Shown here: positions 59,886 to 64,000 of the stretch, piece by piece
How the letters are laid out: each line of letters starts with the position of its first letter
Position numbering within the stretch: the first letter of the stretch is position 1
Source of the DNA: Camelus dromedarius
Lineage: Eukaryota
Direction: 5' to 3'
NCBI RefSeq assembly: GCF_036321535.1
Contig: NC_087444.1
Span: forward strand, 27,342,001 to 27,406,000
DNA: 64,000 nt
The notes under the pieces: model-generated
The model's input: the letters and a program-made list of their open reading frames with translations, nothing else
Told to the model about the DNA's origin: nothing
Databases searched by the model: none
Position numbers and translations under genes: made by a program

Positions 59886-61589
59886 TTTAAAAGCAAAACT
59901 CCTCTGCAGACAAAGCCTTTGGTGGTGAGGGACATGAAGACATCGTCTGTAGTGTCCAATTAATACAAATCAAGTTTTAGCAGAGTTTCCTACCCCAGAA
60001 TAACATCAATAGGACTCCCAGTGAAAGGATGTCTTCCTAAAGCAATTCTGAAGACAAAAACGCAATATAAGAACACATTTCCCAATAATGTGAAGATCTA
60101 TGACTCTGCTAAATAAAAATGGTCCCTTAATGTACTGTAAAAAAAAAAAAGATGTTTGGCTAGATTTATCAACCTCCTCTAGGAACAGAATTAAGTTTCC
60201 ACGCTACATTTTTCCTACTTATTTAAAAACACCTGAGTTGTTCTGTAGCTAGTCAGACAACTGCTTCATTATATAAATATAAAGCCTATCTGCCCTGAAG
60301 ACGTGTGGTTTAAGGAAAGGCTCCTGTGTTCTCAGACCTGTTGGAGAACGTGTAAACGGTGATTCCTAGAGACACAGATGTGGGTGTGATTACCTACATG
60401 TTAAAACTGGTTCTGTATTACTGAAGACTTTACTAGATTACTAAGACTCTAAAGATACTTAATGTACTGGGGGTATGTTCCCCCAAAATGAAATGAAAGC
60501 CAACTCTTAAAATGTCGAAGTTATGTAGCCTGGAAGTTGAAGAGCCAGACAAGCTAGGGGCAGAAATCTTCATTCTCAATGGGGTAGGTTCCCCTGGGAG
60601 ACTCATAGTCGGCGACAATGAGTGTACGTGCATAGTGACATGTCACTGTATCATATTCTCATTTTAGACTTGCACAAAGTTCACGGCCTAGCGTTCCAAT
60701 GAGCAGCAGGCGTGGAAGGGTTTTTCTCATGGCTTTGCTCCTGGGGTAAGCTGTTTGCCAGTGTTGCCTGCAGTTTCTAACCCAGGCAATTCACAGGCCA
60801 TGAGGTGACTGAAAACAACCCAACACCAAGTGTTAAAATAGTGACCCTGGGGCTGCTGCCCTCTGAGCTCCTCCAGGGAGCAGCTGAATGAGCAGGGGGA
60901 AGGCTGGAGGGGCCTGGGGAGAAGCTGCAGTCTCAGGAGGGTAAAAATCAGACTGGATGGGGTTTCATCACTTCTTAGAATCAACTGTAAATTCTACTTA
61001 TGAGGGAACAGGATACTCTGGCTGCTTTTTCCAGAGGCTTCCCCGGACCCAGATCGGTGGAGTATCAATTCATTGGCTTTTTCGTTTCCTTTTTACTCTC
61101 TGTGTGAGCCCAAGAGAGATCTGGAATATCGCATTTCATTGGGAAAAACACTCCAAGCTCATCCTAGCATCTCCACCTGAACGAGTGATCCCGCTTATGG
61201 ACAGAGCACAGTGTGGATTCCTCATGAGACCTCATCACCAACTAATTGATTTACTTAAGTCTAAGCAATGGATGATCAATGTCTGCTGTCCCTCTCCCCA
61301 GTTCTCAATCTCACCTGACCAAGATGGACACATCAGTGAAACGAACTGCCTCCGTCCTCTTGTCTCCCAGCCATGGAGAACACCACTGCTTCCAATTAAA
61401 TTCCACGTGATTTATGGAAACCAACGAGCTCATCGGCCTTAATTCTTCCCTCTCCTGGCCACACAGTCCTATTAAATTTCTTCCTTAAAATCTAGGGCTC
61501 CATATTCTGAAATGCCATGGGTTGTTATGCGGCAAGGAAGTTAGAAAAGAGAGTAGGCTGAAAGAATCCTGAAAACTAGTGTGTTTAAT

Positions 61590-61850
61590 AGCTATTTACC
61601 ACGTTCTGCGCAGTATGTTCCCCCCAAAAATGTACCAGACACTTTAGTGAGGAGTTTCTTCATTATCTCAGTGCATCCTATAAATTGGTGTAATTCCTGC
61701 CTTGAAAGAGGAGAATACTGTCCCTGTCTTACAAGTGTGAGAAACTGAGACATGGAGACACGTGTCTTTCCTAAGGTCACATAGTAAGTGGCAGAGCTGA
61801 GACGCGAAAAGTGCCCAACACATAGTTGACAGGCATTCGAGTTACTCATG
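61590..61850 (-). mobile_element. MIR SINE
   Basis: TGTCTTACAAGTGTGAGAAACTGAGACATGGAGAC...CCTAAGGTCACATAGTAAGTGGCAGAGCTGAGA. Confidence 0.7.
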
Positions 61851-62559
61851 ATTACTCAGACAGTCACTGTTAGTTAGGGCCGCTAATCTGTCTCCAGGCT
61901 GTGGTTGGGTATCCACTGTCTCCATACTGCTAGAGTCCTATAAAAGTATTATTGGGGTTTCTAAAATCTTTTTTTTTTTTTGATATTTCAACTACAGAAA
62001 TAATTCATGCATTTACCAGCGAAATAATGTCACAGTCTGAAAAACATGATCATTTTCTTTGTTTGGGATGGGATTTTACTAACCCAGAGGAGCAATCCTA
62101 GTTATCCATGCTGATCAGATACTAGGAAGAAAAAGGAGGCCTTTACTTATCAAGAGAGGTTTGACATTCAAACAAGCAAAAAATAAAAACACACACGCAA
62201 ACAAACTTAAATTTAGACCATGGCTCCCCAGGTAAAAGAGCAACAGCAACGCAATGCTATTAGATTGGACAGTGAGGGGGGCATCGTTCAGAAGGGGACC
62301 TCATTTTGAGTAGATACAGGTGCAACAGCGAAGGGCAGATTCCAGAGACACAAGCAAACACCGCAACCTAAATGGAATGATTTGGCCTGCCTGCTGCCTG
62401 TCTTTGCATCTCCCCAGGAACTCTGGGTAAATGCCACAATGGGTGAGTTAGGTCCTGCTAGTATCTGAATGATGAGTTTTAGGCTGGACTTGAATAAAGA
62501 GTGGAGATTGGGTTGGAAGAATTGATTGAATATGTGTTTCCATGCAGAGGCCCATAAAC

Positions 62560-62850
62560 ATGTCATAACAGCAACCTCACTATTCATCATACTCAGGTAA
62601 CAAGTGTATGTTGGGTCAGGCACTGAACTGGATGCCTGGTGAGGAAGTGGAAAGGTCAAAGTCTAGGACTCCATGAGCTCAAGTCTAGTGGAAAAGGCAG
62701 AGGCTTCCATGAAACAATTTACTGTGGATTGATTAAGGCTACAAGAGAAAGACATACTCAACAAGATGGGGACATAAAGGAAGGAGTCAATTAGACTTTC
62801 CTCATTCACCCAACTCAAGTAAAACCTTTGAGCTCCTTCTTAAAGGGTAA
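62560..62850 (-). mobile_element. L2 LINE fragment (a plus-strand L2 3' tip lies at about 62995-63090)
   Basis: AAGTGTATGTTGGGTCAGGCACTGAACTGGATGCC...GAGCTCAAGTCTAGTGGAAAAGGCAGAG. Confidence 0.55.
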
Positions 62851-64000
62851 CTGACTGGGAGAACCCAGTCATCATCCTTAGATATCACAGTGGATAAGGG
62901 AGTTCACTGGATTCAACTCTGGCTTCGATTCATTTAATCATGAAACCTATTCTCCAGCTGAATTGATGGAGGACATAGAGGCTATATCTTGTGATTTAAT
63001 AAACTGAGCTTCTTGAAGTCAGGAACCTTGCCCTTGTATCTTTGCTTCCCCAGGAGAGTAACTTGTGTTTAGTAGCTGCTCAATATATATATTTTAAAAA
63101 ATCTTGGGTGGGTCATTATGTCCGGAATGTGTGGTACAGTGAATGGTGTTAGAAGTTTTTGAAATACATTGATAATTCAAGCCTTAGAGGACAATGACAT
63201 CACAGAGCTGATTACATTGTGGGAACTAGGGGCGAGGCAGGGTAGGCAGGGGTGCTGTGTTGTTGTGGTCACCAGTTGACCCCAGCAAAAATGAATGTAT
63301 GTTGGGGTTGCAGGTTGCTTGGTTGCAAAGGGGAGGGCATAGGAATGAGTTGGGGTAAGGTCCTGTTAAAAGAAGTTAATGAACAAGAGAAAAAGACCTC
63401 GATTTTGCTGGTGTGGGTCTATGCACAGAGCTGCAGTAGAATAACAGGTCACAGCTCTTGTTTTGACTTGGCAGCTGCTCTGCATAAACTGATTATGACT
63501 TAATGATATTTTAGTGCCTGAGTCCCATATACATTGGTCTCTTCATCTCAACTTACCAGAGCAGTTTCTCAGCAAGCATTGCATTCAGCAAAACCCAAGC
63601 CATAGAAGCACTTGATAGCGTCTCTCTTCCAGCATGCATTCTTCTTGAAGTCATGCAAAACCACGGAGGAAGATAAACTTATGATATGAGCAATTTTCAC
63701 GTGTACTCTGTTGTGAAATCCCAGGCATCATTTTTCTAAATATGGACAGGTCTTTGGGGACATTAAGAAACATTGAAATGATTAGTAGCCTGGGGGCAAC
63801 TTTCTTTTCCCCAGGGCAGGCTGAAGCATCACTTTGAAACGAAGACAGGGGAGCATCCTTGGGTTTTGCTTCATTAAAATGACTAAAGTTTCTGTGACGA
63901 TGCCAAGGTTAATCGCACCATCACAAAGGGGCATGCACACACATGTACAGTCAAGAGAGTTTCAGCCACCAACAAAATACCACTTTGATATCTGAGGAAT

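Noticed and set aside
60634-60647. Perfect 14-bp palindrome AGTGACATGTCACT
   Set aside because: About four such palindromes are expected by chance in 64 kb (64000/4^7).
1-64000. CRISPR arrays, operons, prokaryotic or viral systems, rRNA, true tRNA genes
   Set aside because: None seen. The DNA is eutherian and repeat-rich, and the only tRNA-like sequence is a SINE with a tail and TSD.

Overview
Mammalian non-coding DNA, most likely camelid (camel or alpaca). That assignment rests on a tRNA-Ala-derived Vic-1-type SINE and a young L1 whose 3' UTR matches camelid L1 as I recall it. I saw no Alu, B1, Bov-A/Bov-B, PRE1 or SINEC elements. I could not recognise any host protein-coding exon, so the window looks like an intergenic stretch or the inside of a large intron. 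The ORF track is mostly chance ORFs, many lying in repeats; the only recognisable protein is a truncated L1 ORF2 C-terminus (56672-57457, minus). The window is dominated by ancient eutherian repeats: MIR, L2, L1M, MLT1 and LTR16 solo LTRs, and many hAT DNA transposons (Charlie1a, MER5, MER20, MER53, MER58A, MER63, MER91, MER94), several nested in one another. There are six N gaps. I found no convincing new biological system. The best leads are two MITE-derived pre-miRNA-like hairpins (MER91/miR-652-like and MER53/miR-1302-like), a recent L1 with a perfect 18-bp TSD, a CpG-retaining 70-codon ORF with a mitochondrial-presequence-like N-terminus, and weak splice-site and promoter hints of an unannotated lncRNA. 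All repeat names come from recalled consensus sequences, not a database search, and most old-repeat boundaries are approximate.
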